Source: Trichosphaerium sp. ATCC 40318 (taxonomy: Eukaryota > Protista > Tubulinea). From it: 64,000 nt of DNA. Below, in pieces: positions 10,818-23,394 of this stretch (positions are counted from its first letter, which is position 1; each line of letters opens with the position of its first letter). The position numbers and the translations under genes were made by a program. Below the pieces are notes generated by a model that made no database searches, was not told the DNA's origin, and saw nothing but the letters and a program-made list of their open reading frames with translations. The stretch is taken from NCBI GenBank assembly GCA_038496445.1, contig JALMLS010000596.1, forward strand, positions 124,001 through 188,000, read 5' to 3'.

Positions 10818-13564
10818 ATGTCAAACGAAAGCTCTGACGACGAAGAATTTTCTGATTTTGAGGATGATGAAGATTTCCTAGCTCAACGAGAGAAATGGGA
10901 TAGCAAATCAATGGAAGGCTCCAAAATCAAACGTGCAAACAAATATGGCACGTGCGGACCTAAAAACAAAAAACGTGCCAAAATAACAACAGCAAATGCG
11001 GTTTTTCTCTTTTTTCATTAATCTGATTCTGTGATGTTAGGCCTCGTTGATCCAGAGCACTTTATGATAAGAAGAACATTCAACACAAGCGGCTTTGTTA
11101 AAAAGTATCCACCCAAAGTTAATGGCTCAAGGAAGCAAACTGTGTTTAAAACAATACAAGGGTTTTATGGCAATAAACACGGTACAGCATCTTCAAAAGT
11201 GGTTGTTACGAAAGTAGATGTCGCAAAGTTCCCTGAAAACGGAGGTACAAATTATTCACCATCAACAACGCTTGAACAACCAAAGATTCATGCCAAAATG
11301 CACAAGATTCACAAACTTGAACTTTTTTTTTATTTATCACGTGCGCCCATGGGCGAAACATTTGTTTGAAGCCTTGATATTTCATACGAAAGGCGTTTAT
11401 CTTGACGCTGTTTATCACGTGTTTTCAATCATTTTATGATTGGAATCTGAGTTTAATAGGATTCGGTGTTTCCTTTGTTTGGCATGACCCTGAACGCAAA
11501 GCAAAACAAGTACAGGTTGTTGGTACATTTAACACGTGGCGAAGAGACAGACCAATTAATCTTCAGTGTATTGAGTTACACACAGGTACGTAAAAACACT
11601 GAATTCCCAAGATTAACTTGAATATGTAGAGAATGTTTGGGCTACAGTTGTATCAGAACTACCAGATCTTGATGATGAAGATGCCAACCACGAGTATATA
11701 TTCATAGTTGATGGCAAAGAGGTACAAGCATTATCATACACTTTTTATTGAATTATTTTCAGGTTGTTGATGACACTAAAAAAGTTGTGGATCGCACAGA
11801 TGGAAATGGAAAAGCGAATATCTTAGAAGATACTGAAGAACACTACTTAGACATAGTATGGTCTGAAGGACCATTCTTGTACTTTGATAAGGTATCTAAA
11901 ACCCTCACAACTTTTTTTTGTTTTGTGCTAAACACTTTTTGCCTAGGAGCCAGAAGTACGTACAATACATGGATTGCAATGGTACATTTAATTTACTCAA
12001 CATAGCCAAATGATTTCAGTTGGTACCTCAACTTCGCACAGAGGTAAAGTTACAATTCATTATACAGCGCTCTTTGTTTGAATTGTTTAATTGATTGGTT
12101 TTAGAGACATTTTCAAGTACTATGGCGCAAAAAGTTTATTTGCTCAAGATGAAATTCAAGTTGCAGAGCATCCAGCTCTTGCTTCAATTCGTGAAAGTAA
12201 GTTTTGCTGAACCAAACTGCTTGTAGACGAATTTTCTTTATAATTGTTATTGGTCTTAATGCTATTACAGTGCTACTGGTAAAGGCAACTGAGGATGATG
12301 GTAATATAAACCAAATAGGTACTAATACACGTACACTAGAAGAAGGAAACCTCGCTTCTTCATCTCCAACACCCATTCTTATTCGGTATGTTCACACTTT
12401 TAAAAGTTCGTCTTCTTCGTAAATAATCTTATTGGGTTTTTTTAATAGTGGCGTTGAACGTCTTGGTGTTATTGATACAGAGAAGCTGTATGGCTCAAAA
12501 TTAGGAAGAACGAAATCAAAGAAGGTAATTAAAGCTGGAATTTCCAAAGTTAAGAATGGACCTACAGTGACTAATCTTATTTGGTACGGAAATACTATTC
12601 GTAATCTATTTTAATAATTCAACTGACCTTTTATGTTAGCATGCAAGCACCAGGTGCCGAAAGTTTTGTACTAGAAAGGAATTGTATAACTTCAAAAAGG
12701 TTGTCAGAAAGATTGGGGAAAAGAGTACAAAAAGTGGCAACTTGAGTATGCGTTACGTACTGCTTACACATCATTTGTATCTGGTACCCTTTCATTCATT
12801 CAAGATTTTGTTTCCATTAACTTGATGTTTGTAGCTGTTCATGAATCTAAGATGGGACTTGCAGAAAAGAAGGCCGATGAGGACAAAAAGGCAGAAGATA
12901 AAACAGAAGACGCCGGTGATAAAAAACAGGACAATAATGAAAAGGACTCTGACAATGACTCTGATGAAGACGAGTCTGAAGAAGATGATGAGTTATGTGT
13001 AATTATACACACTGGCAACTGGTACATTCTAATACAAGTATTATTTTGATTCTAATCTGATAATTGAAAATAGGGGTTGTGGAGCGTAAGTTATTTCAAT
13101 TTGAGAAGAAAACGGACAAGTTTTATTTAATTGTTAAATGTCTTGATAGGTATGGCAATGATTGTGAGTTGATGGCACTAATTCAAATCGCTGCCGCTTA
13201 TTATGCCAAAGTAAATGTACTTGTTTACTGTCCATTTGATGATAAAGGCGCGGTATGATTTAATAACAACAAACAAATTATTAGTTTTTCTTTCTAATAA
13301 TAAGTTATTCACATTCTTCACAGAGCGCACTAGAGTCTGCACAGTCACTATGGAGTGTATGGATAGGAGAGGTAGATAGTGATGAAGAAGATGATGAAGA
13401 AGGTGATAAAACTGGGGGTGAGAAGGAAAGATACGAAGTACGTTCACAATGATTCGTTTGAAGTTCAACAAAGTTTATTTTCGCAATAGGTGCACTGCCC
13501 TTACATGTTCTTGGATATGCTGTACCAGAGGAAGTATAAATGGCGTGAAGGTAACAACACCTAA
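10818..13564 (+). CDS. CBM48 + PARG-like macrodomain protein, copy 3 (extra intron 12044-12104)
   Basis: Same motifs; WYLNFAQR|DIFKYYGAKSLFAQDEIQ; ends KWREGNNT*. Confidence 0.85.
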
Positions 13565-14380
13565 AGTTAGTGTATATCTTTTGCACAATATATAAATGGA
13601 ATAAAGGCAACACCTAAATTTACAAGAAACCATAAGTGTTAAACAATCAAAACAATAAAACACATTGTCACGTGACAATCACTTTTTGCATTGGTCTGTA
13701 AGCCAATTTTGTGAATATTGGTTTCGTTGCATAAAGTTTTGATATTCAGCTGGGTTACTATCACAAACAAATAAATAAACAACAAAGAACAAATCTACGG
13801 GCATCTGCAAGGTGCGTGCATCGACGAACATAGATACTCGGTACCAGAGACCTTGCCTAGAAAGTATTTGAACAAACAAATAGTATTACAGTGTCCTCAT
13901 TGTTTTCGTTCAAATGTACAAAACTTGTGTGGCCTATAAAGGTTACTTATCTAGCAGAAATCTAAAAACATTAATTGTACTTATACAAAGACAGTGGCAT
14001 GGTTTCGTTAGAAAGATGATAAGAATCATTCAACGGCTTACAAGTGGTCAATAGTGTTATACTAACATGTTTGTACTCAGTTATCATAACAGAACCAGAA
14101 GGTTTGAATTCACATAACCTTACACGCAATAGTATGTAATTATTAGCATATACTAAATGTGGTTCCTTCTGCTAATTTTTTTACAGTAACATATTTCAAA
14201 CACCTTCTTTTTCACTCAGTTTTCGAACAGTTTTTTTACCTTTCTGAACCGTCTTTATGGTAACTCAAACCGCGTTCAAATAACAAACAGAGTTATTCAG
14301 AAAAAGTATTCGTTCAAATAAAAGAGGAACGCAAGATATAAAGTCAATTTTATTCTATCAAGTCATTTTTTTCACTAAAC

Positions 14381-17059
14381 ATGTTAAACGAAAGCTCTGA
14401 CGGTGAATATTCTGATTTTGAAGATGAAGAAGATTTTATATCTCAACGGAAGAAATGGTCCAATGAAACAACAGAAGAAGGCTCTACTATCGAACGTACA
14501 AACAAATATGGCACGTGCTGATAGCTAAAGGAACTAGTGAGCTTTATTTCACTAATATGGCGTTAGGACTCATTGATCCAGAACACTTTATGATGAGAAG
14601 GACATTCAACACAAGAGGCTTTGTTAAAAAGTATCCACCCAAAGTTAAAGGCTCAAGGAAGAAAACTGTGTATAAAACAATAGCAGAGTATGCTAAACAC
14701 GGTACAGCATCTTCAAAAGTGGTTGTTACGAAAGTAGATGTCGCAAAGTTCCCTGATAACGCAGGTACAAATTATTCACCATCAATAACGCTTGAACACA
14801 ACGCAAAGATTCATGCCAAAATGCACAAGATTCACAAACTTGAACTTTTTTTTGTTTATCACGTGCGCCCATGGGCGAAACATTTGTTTGAAGCCTTGAT
14901 ATTTCATAACCCAACGGTTTTCGAAAATCTAACTAGATAAAATTTTGGCTTCTAGAACAACATATTTTTTTCACGTGTTTTGAACTGGTTTAACATGTGA
15001 ATTTATTAGGACATGGTGCATCATTTGTATGGCATGACCCTGAACGCAAAGCAAAACAAGTACAGGTTGTTGGTACATTTAACACGTGGCGAAGAGATAG
15101 ACCAATTAATCTTCAGTGTATTGAGTTACACACAGGTACGTGAAGCTCTTTTTCGTCTTCTTTTTCGTCTAACTTGAAATTGTAGAGAATGTTTGGGCTA
15201 CATTTATAGGAGATCTTGAAGAGGGAAAACATGAGTATGTGTTTCTAGTTGATGGTAAAGAGGTACAAAGGTGTTATAATACTATTTATTGATTTACATG
15301 TAGGTTGTTGATGACACTAAAGAAACTGTGGTGCTTGGTGAGCATGGAAAAGCAAACGTCTTAACTGTGGCTGAATCTGAACACCACATGGAGCTGATTT
15401 CTGCCGGATTAGGTCCCTTTGAATATAATGATAAGGTACCAAACCAGTTAATTAACTGAACAAAAAACTTATCACTTCTTTACTTCTTAGACTTTGTCTA
15501 ATGATTTATTTGTAGACGCCAGGTGTACGCATATAACCCTTTTGTAGTTTGTTCCTTAATTGTATCACGTGGTAAATTATTTACATTGCACAAGGATTCT
15601 GATTTTAATTGGTACCTCCACTTCGCGGGCAGGGATGTTTTCAAGTACTATGGTTCAAAAGGTTTTTTTTCTCAAGGCGAAATTCAAGTCGCAGAGCATC
15701 CAGCTCTTGCTTCTGTTCGTGAAAGTACGTTTACTGAAACAGCAATTCCACACCCCTTCACAATTTGAACATTGTAAAACGTGTTTTCTTCTTTTTTTAT
15801 TGTTCCTGAATGTCTCCTTTCTTTTAACGTGTCTGTAGTGCTACTTGAAAAAGAAAAGGAAGTTGATGGTAATATAAAGCAGTTAGGTACTTTCACACGT
15901 CAATGTGAAGAAGGAAAAATGGAAACTTCATCTCCAACACCCATTCTAGTTCGGTATGTTCTTTTTGTTTTTTTTATCAATTTTACATACTAAGTGAGGT
16001 TTTGAAATAGTGGTGCTGAACGTCATGGAGTTGTTAACACAGAGACGCTATATGGGAGAAAATTAAGAGAAGTAACTTATCCTCGAGCAATTAAAGCTGG
16101 AATTTCCAAAGTTGAGAATGGACCTACAGTGACTAATCTTATTTGGTATGGAAATAATATTCGTAATAATTTTATTCAACTGACCTTTTATGTTAGCATG
16201 GAAGCACCAGGTACAATAGCAGTTGCCTAAGCAATGTTCTAATAGCTAACTATTGTTAAAACAGGGTGCATGAGTGATTGGGGGAAAGAGTACAAAATGT
16301 GGCAACTTGAGTATGCGTTACGTACTGCTTACACATCATTTGTATCTGGTACCTTTTATTCATTCAAGATTTTGTTTCCATTAGATTGACATTTGTAGCT
16401 GTTCATGAATCGAAGATGGGTCTTGCAGAAAGAAATGCTAAAAAAGAAGAAACAGATGAGAAAAAAGAAAAAAGCGACAAAGTCGTGGAGGATAGTGAAG
16501 TAAATGTACTTATACATACAGGAAATTGGTATGCTTGTATAGTATGATTTTATTGTTGTAACTTATAAGTCAATATAGGGGTTGTGGAGTGTAAGTTTGA
16601 CAACACAAGACTCTGTATAATTATTCTCTAAATGTCTTGATAGGTATGGCAATAATTATGAGTTGATGGCACTAATTCAAATCGCTGCTGCTTTTTATGC
16701 CAAAGTGGATAACCTTGTGTATTATCCCTTTAATAAGATAGGCGAAGTACGTCTCCTTTTTACAAATTACAACTCTTTTTTTGTGTATTAATTGTAAATA
16801 GGAGGCATTTGATAATGCAAGGTCTTTGTGGTACAAATGGACAACTGGCAGAGAGGAACTCAATGATTATGACAGTGATGACAGTTGTGCAGGAGATTAC
16901 CTAGACCATGCTGCTGAAATAAAAACCGAAGTACGATCCAGACAACATTTTGAACTTTCGTTGAAATTAATACATTTGTACAAATAGGTTTTCTGCCCGT
17001 ACTTGTTCTTGGATTTTTTGCACAAGAGAAAGTATAAATGGCATACAAGTAACACCTAA
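14381..17059 (+). CDS. CBM48 + PARG-like macrodomain protein, copy 4 (most divergent; QGE instead of QDE)
   Basis: Most canonical CBM48 (LEEGKHEYVFLVDGKEVVDDTKETVVLGEHGKANVLTV); GFFSQGEIQVAEHPAL; HTGNWGCGVYGNN; 9-nt micro-exon 15516-15524; ends KWHTSNT*. Confidence 0.8.
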
Positions 17060-17271
17060 ACTTGCAATAAACAAATGGCTTGTACATACTTAAACAATAA
17101 AAATAGACTTATACCCGTTTTGGTAAATGCTTTATAGCGCCCAGTATCTAGTAACTTATTAATAGATTTGCTTTGAGAACTTTACGTAAGTTTATGTCAC
17201 GTGAGTTTTTTTTTCGTCAAAATTCAATTTAAACCACACTAGTTAACCCCATCGCTCAGTTAATCATCCAT

Positions 17272-18747
17272 ATGAGGTTTGTGGTTCGTAGGTGCTTATA
17301 CAAAACTAACTGCTTGTAGACGGGTTAAATACGCCAAGTCCAAGCGTATACAGTATTCTAAAACTGGTAGTAACCAACAAGCCTTTAAACAATACCAAAA
17401 GAGTAAAGTCGAACTGTTAAAAACCGTAGCGTTGGTAGTACTCATGTGCTACGCTGTTTACACCATAGTTAATCCATTATACACAAAGACACGTTCAAAC
17501 ATATTAAAAACAACCAAGAAGAAAGGCACGTGTTATTCGACAACGTACCTTGATAATCACTCTAATTTGGCCGTTTATAGAAGACAGCAACCCACGTGAC
17601 GAAAATGATATGCCAAAACAATTATTGCTTTTTATGCAACAAAAACATGATGAGGAGATGACCAAGATTAATTATGAAAAGAAAAAGATAGTACAACAAA
17701 GATTTGAATTGTCTAACAAAAACAAGGAGTTGCAAGGTACTGATAGCTATAATGAATTACTTGTCTTGTTAACAGTGTTATCTATTTCCTTAGACGAATT
17801 GACTAGTGTTAAACAAAGTAACGATGAACTTGGTACTATTATTGCAAACCTTAAAAGTACGCTAAAGTAACCTCAATGACATGTACTCACAACTTCCAGA
17901 GACAGTATCATCGCTTGAAGCTATGCTTAATAATCCAAGCAAAAAACAACTGAACAACGATGAGCGTTTGGATAGTGCCACCAAATACCAATCCAAACAA
18001 TTACACGATCAAATAAAAGAAACAATTGAAACAAAAGAAAAAAGTAAGAATGAGGTATTAAAAGTTCTTGGAGAGCACATGGCAGTACGTTATACTTGAT
18101 TTTTCCAATTGCCAAACATGTGCTTATAGATGCACAACAATACTTTATTTGAATTGGCTTCCATAGCGAAGATGGAACAAGTTAGAACAGTTTGCGAAAC
18201 TGGATTCAATGCAGGACATTCAGCAATGATTTGGTTGACATCATCAGCGTACGGAACTCTCTCCTTATTTAAGTGTCATTGATTTTTACTAGTAAAACGA
18301 AGGTGTTTTCATGGGACATTGGCTTAAGACCTTACCATGATCTGGCTGTAGATTACATAAAACGTGCCTTTGGAGATAGATTTCACCTATTCAGAGGTGA
18401 CACAAGAAAAACGCTTTTACAAGAAAATGTTGACGAAGGTATTTCATGCGATTTAGTGCTTATTGATGGAGGTAAGTCATTTGTTAGTACCACTAGAAAC
18501 TAAATGAAAACTCACAGGATACGCCTACGGTACTGCTTGGTCTGATTTGTCACAGGTGAAAAGACTTGTAAGCAAGGAATGGAATATCATTGTGATGAAT
18601 AATGTTTATTGTACAAGAAAGCAATGTAATGGGCCTACAAGAGCATGGAAGAACGCTATATCGCAAGGGATCATAAAAGAAATAATCTGTTCGCTATTAG
18701 ACGACAAGTCACGTGGTCATTGTATAGGCTCGTTCATGAATGAATAA
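17272..18747 (+). CDS. Type II membrane-anchored class I SAM-dependent methyltransferase (Methyltransf_24-like) with coiled-coil stalk
   Basis: N-terminal TM LLKTVALVVLMCYAVYTIV, coiled coil, then VCETGFNAGHSAMIWL...VFSWDIG...GDT...CDLVLIDGG. Spliced, including a GC-AG intron at 17526-17580. Confidence 0.8.
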
Positions 18748-18837
18748 TAGTAAAAACGTGAAAAAAAGCCAGTTTTGTTTAAAATGCAGATTAATTCCAT
18801 TATCTCAAAATTCAGAAATACCTCTCCTTTTAAGGGG

Positions 18838-18901
18838 GCACCTCCTCGAATGGATTACTTCCATTGCACGTTGCACCTCCTCGAACGGATTACTTTCATT
18901 G
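18838..18901 (+). repeat. Two-copy direct repeat, 29-bp unit, 35-bp period
   Basis: gcacctcctcgaatggattacttccattg / gcacctcctcgaacggattactttcattg. Confidence 0.85.
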
Positions 18902-21225
18902 ACCATTGGCAGACTCATTCATGTGCCACCTGAACACGATCAAATTCTGAATTCATAATGAACTAAATCACGTGAATAGTATGAATGTCAAGTTAACGGT
19001 CTGGTTTTCTTAGTATTGTAATTTTTATACCACTTGAAAACGTGCCATGCAAACCGCTCTCAACAGAGTTGATACTGGTAAACATGTACAAAGTACTGTT
19101 TGTTAAGAGTGTGGCGTATATGGGACAAACAATGTTCCTGTACCAGAGATTGACATAAAGTTGTAATTGCTCCTTACACAAAAAAAAAAAACACATGTAC
19201 AATGAGTGATACCGCAACGCATGTACTACATTTGAAAAAAAAATGAAACGGATAAACCCAAACACTACGGTTAAAATTACAGGTTGGGCGAAGTTGGGCA
19301 GACGAGTACAAAAAAATGAATGAAAATGAATTTTTTCAACCAATTTATTATTTATTGGTTTCATGAAAAGACCATGTTTACCGTAAAAACTACTGAATTC
19401 GATCAAGCTTATTTTCACTCTGAACGACTTGATTGGGTAGTAAAATGGCTCTGGAGTTACTCATTATTTTGTATAGGTTCGCTAGTTGGTATATTTGTGG
19501 CTAATTGTCAACTTACGAGAAAGTATCTGTTAGTGCGTAGCACGCTATTACAACTTACGCTATGCGTATGAATTTAGTCAAAAATCCATGAATTGTGTAT
19601 TTTGAAAAAAACAGTATACATTCGTGTATTCATCCGGATTGGAAGAATGTTACTCTAGAGTAGCATTCCGATATTAAAAATGTCAAGTGAAAATTTGGGT
19701 GCCCCTGTGAACAAATCCCGTGAGAAGAAAAAAAAATCGGGCATTACCCAAGAGCACTTCTAATCTAAAGATAACAACCGTCTTTTGATCGACTGAAAAG
19801 CGAGGAAACTACAACTAAGACTACCTTCCTCCGCTATGTCATGTTATAGTATCTATGATTTTCAAGCAAGTGCTGTATGAATGAGTTTGTGAGTACATCC
19901 GTCAATTGCTACAGGCGTGTATTGAAATAAGTGAGCTCTGGATGAAAAAATACGTATGTAGGCTATTGGCAATAAGCTGTCACAGCTAGGTTCTATGGCA
20001 ATCCGCTGGTGATACATATTAGTAGTTTCTCTTGCGCAAGATAATTAATCAAACACCTATTGGCGAGCATCACCAACGAAGAGACATTAGAGCCACATCA
20101 AGTTACACGCTAGTTGTTAAATAAAAAAGTGTTGCACAGATGGTTTAACTAAACTTTTTGTGATACATATTACTGCGGTAGAATGTAGCCCTATTACCTA
20201 CCAAAGCGACATGCACCCGCTGTAGTGGGTATTAGCAATGAAGAATGATGTGAGGACGGGAACATACAACAGTTTAATATGGGTTGAAAATTTGAAGTGC
20301 CTATCAAGTATGAGAGCGACTGTGTTGTTTAGCAAGCACTCTCTTTCTGAATCACATGTTTTAATCACTGCTTCATTGTTTTTAGTTGCGGTATAGCAAC
20401 TATACAACTACAGTGGTTTATCTCAAGAGTGTGGGAAAAGTAGTTCTTTTGAAAACTTCATACTGCAACTTGTGATACTGCGGTCTGTATGACACTAGAG
20501 AGAGAGCGATCCGTGTACCTTTCTAACAAACGGAAGGTGTATAAATACTTCAAGGTGAAGTGCACATATACTGCGGTGACTTGTAACAGCAAGTGCTACA
20601 AAACACTAGTCTACACAAATGATAATCAATTTGATTCTGCCCTGTGCCTATTAAATACCCTAAAAATTACTGGAGTCATGAGGGTCTAACCTTTCGTGCA
20701 CTTGCAATGAGGATGGTACTACAAAGTGTGTAGCGAAAAAACTTTAACAATCTTGTTTGTTTTTTTTTTCATTTTGAGAAAGAAAGCAAGGCCCTTTTTG
20801 TACTCCGGAGCTTGTTACTGTTTTCAAACAATTTTTTTAATAGCTAAACAGATGTCGTTCATAGAAGCGAACTGGTTCGGGTCGTAGAAGGAGCGAAATT
20901 ATTTCTAAATCAATAGTTCACTGAACACATGTGGATTGGAAGTAAAACACCAAAACAACCCAAAAGGCATCCATGCGTTTCGTATTTGGCGATATTTGAT
21001 TATAAATAAAATAAATCACATTAACCCGACAGGTTGGACTTTTTTTCTGTTTTGGTTTGTAAATACCAGCACATTTTCCTGTGTTGTTTTTTTCATAGGG
21101 CGAACATTGCTGTTGGTTTCGCTTTATTTTTTTTTTTGTGCTTTTAAGCCAACATTGTTGATCATTTACCAATAACCTTCAAACAACAAACAACAGCTCT
21201 AGTTTGCGTACAAGCCCCTTCTCTC

Positions 21226-21972
21226 ATGAACTATTCATCGATTCTACTCTATCTCTGCTTTTCTTTAGCCCTGGCCTTCAACTACAAAGCCATTACTCTC
21301 AACGCTCACAACACTTGTTCTGGCTGTCGTAAAGACATGCACGCTGGACAATTTGTGTACTGTGATGGCTCTGTGCCTGGATCAACGGTAACAAACTGCC
21401 ATTGGGTTGGCGGCCCTGGAGACTGTTCCTTCCCTAGAGATACTTCAGTTACAAAAGCTCAATGTGAACAACTATGTAATGCAGACGATCGCTGTAATTA
21501 CTACACATCCTACCACGGAAGTATATGCAACCTATTCTACATGACCAGCTGTTCAAACACTTATAGTCAAGCATCTGGAGATACATACAAGAAGGTTACT
21601 AGCGAATACACAATGATAATGATAAAGACGAACAACGGCCAATTCCATGGAACAAATGCACCAATTAAGTACCGATATGCTTACACTGACGGAACCTATT
21701 CTCCTTACAGCGCTACCCTTGATGATCCCCGACTCAACGAGTTCCAATCAGGTGCTGTCGATCTGTTTTATATGGTCGCACCTGCAAAGAATACCGACAA
21801 GGCACTTCAAGGTGTTGAGATGACAATATTCGGTCATGATGGCTGGAATTTCTCTGAAGTTAAAATCTTTAACTCTTTTCATTTCTGTTGGAAAGATACT
21901 GCTGATATCCACCCTCTTACTACTGCAAGTGTTGTTTTACCTCTCAACGGCGATTGTAGTGCATGTAGCTAA
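21226..21972 (+). CDS. Secreted PAN/Apple + PLAT/LH2 domain protein, intronless, 248 aa
   Basis: Signal peptide MNYSSILLYLCFSLALA; CEQLCNADDRCNYYTSY....CNL (PAN); IKT....GTNAPI...LDDP..NEFQSGAVDLF...DGWNFSEVKI (PLAT). Confidence 0.8.
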   Translation: MNYSSILLYLCFSLALAFNYKAITLNAHNTCSGCRKDMHAGQFVYCDGSVPGSTVTNCHWVGGPGDCSFPRDTSVTKAQCEQLCNADDRCNYYTSYHGSICNLFYMTSCSNTYSQASGDTYKKVTSEYTMIMIKTNNGQFHGTNAPIKYRYAYTDGTYSPYSATLDDPRLNEFQSGAVDLFYMVAPAKNTDKALQGVEMTIFGHDGWNFSEVKIFNSFHFCWKDTADIHPLTTASVVLPLNGDCSACS

Positions 21973-22782
21973 ATACATATGTTACTAAAGTGCTTTAATA
22001 AAGCCCCCTTCACACTCTTTTCGTTTTTTTCCAGTCTAGTATTTTTACCCTTTGTCTATTTCTCTCCTCTTCATTCTCACCTTCAAGTTTTTCCTTAATT
22101 TGAGACTGTACGTAGCTCAACGTAATCTTGCTAAGTTAAAATTATCACATGTTAGTTACCGTTATTTAATTAAACAGCAAATTTTTTCCTCATAGCAAAT
22201 GACAATTGTGGTCCTAACTCAAATAAGAGGTAGGCTCATAAAAAGTGTTCATCTAAAAAACATGTAAGACGCTAACTTTCTTTTTTTTTGTATTGTTCGA
22301 TGAAGCAATACTCAGTACTGGTGTAGTACATAATTATAACACCGAAACATGACTAGTGTTATAGTAAATTGCAAATTAAGTCTGCTTGCAAACTCTTTAT
22401 TGATGGGTTTATAATAGAACAATAAAGCCAATAATAACGCCAACACCTCTCCATCAATGACACCAAAAACAACCACGCAAACCGCAATACCAAATCCTGT
22501 ATCTACTGTTGCGCCTGCAATTACACCTTCAAATCTCAAGCTTCCAAGAGGTAATTACTATCACTTGTAATTATTTTTTGCTGTCAAGAACACAGTTTTT
22601 TTGAGATGTTTGTTGGTTGTTGCAGGCGTAACTGGCATTGTGAGAATATAATTATAAGTTATGGAATCCATTGGGGGAGTCAAAATATGCACCAGCTGGT
22701 TAGAAAGATAGCTTTATTTTGTAAATGTAATGCTCGTAAAAAATCACTGTAGTGCCCTTCTTTTCCCTTCGTAACTTGAGTG

Positions 22783-23175
22783 TTACTTACTAGCGCCTAT
22801 ATGGAATGCACCATCAAGTGCTATTATGCCGTCATCAGTTACTGAAGTGCTATCAAGGTAAATAGTATGAACACCAGCAAGTGCTTTAACCCCTTTGTCA
22901 GTTACTGAAGTATTATTGAGGTGAATAATATGAGCTCCAGCGAGTGCTTTAACCCCTTCATCAGTTACTGCAGTATAGCTAAGGTGAATAGTATGAGCTC
23001 CTCTGAGTGCTTTGACTCCTTCGTCAGTTACTGAAGTGTGAGTAAGGTAAATAGTATGAGCACCAGCAAGTGCCTTGACACCTTCATCTGTTACTTTGGC
23101 ATACTTGAGGCTGTATGAACTGTTATACGTTTTAGTGGAAATTTTATGTGGATGTAGACATAGCCACCATGCAAA
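22783..23175 (-). pseudogene. Leucine-rich-repeat fragment, about five 22-aa repeats (66-bp tandem units)
   Basis: Minus frame reads AKVTDEGVKALAGAHTIYLTHTSVTDEGVKALRGAHTIHLSYTAVTDEGVKALAGAHIIHLNNTSVTDKGVKALAGVHTIYLDSTSVTDDGIIALDG. No ATG, upstream stop; could be an internal exon. Confidence 0.65.
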
Positions 23176-23394
23176 TTATGTTATACCGAAGTATGACTGG
23201 TCTGTGAGGGTACAAAGTAGGATTTAGCTGGAAACTGTTTACTATCATGCAGCTTAGGATTTACACTTAAGGCATGTACAGCCTGACAATCTGTTCTAAA
23301 AAGAGAGAAATAGACAAAGGGTAAATACTAGGCTAACAAAAAACGAACATAGTGTGAAGGGGGCTTTATTAAAGCACTTTAGTAACATATGTAT

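Noticed and set aside
18838-18901. CRISPR-like repeat
   Set aside because: Only two units with a 6-bp gap, eukaryotic context, no cas genes.
19780-20740. Cys-rich coding relics in the outer arm of the inverted duplication (also 24600-24920)
   Set aside because: Frequent stops and no consistent splice model; cannot support a call.
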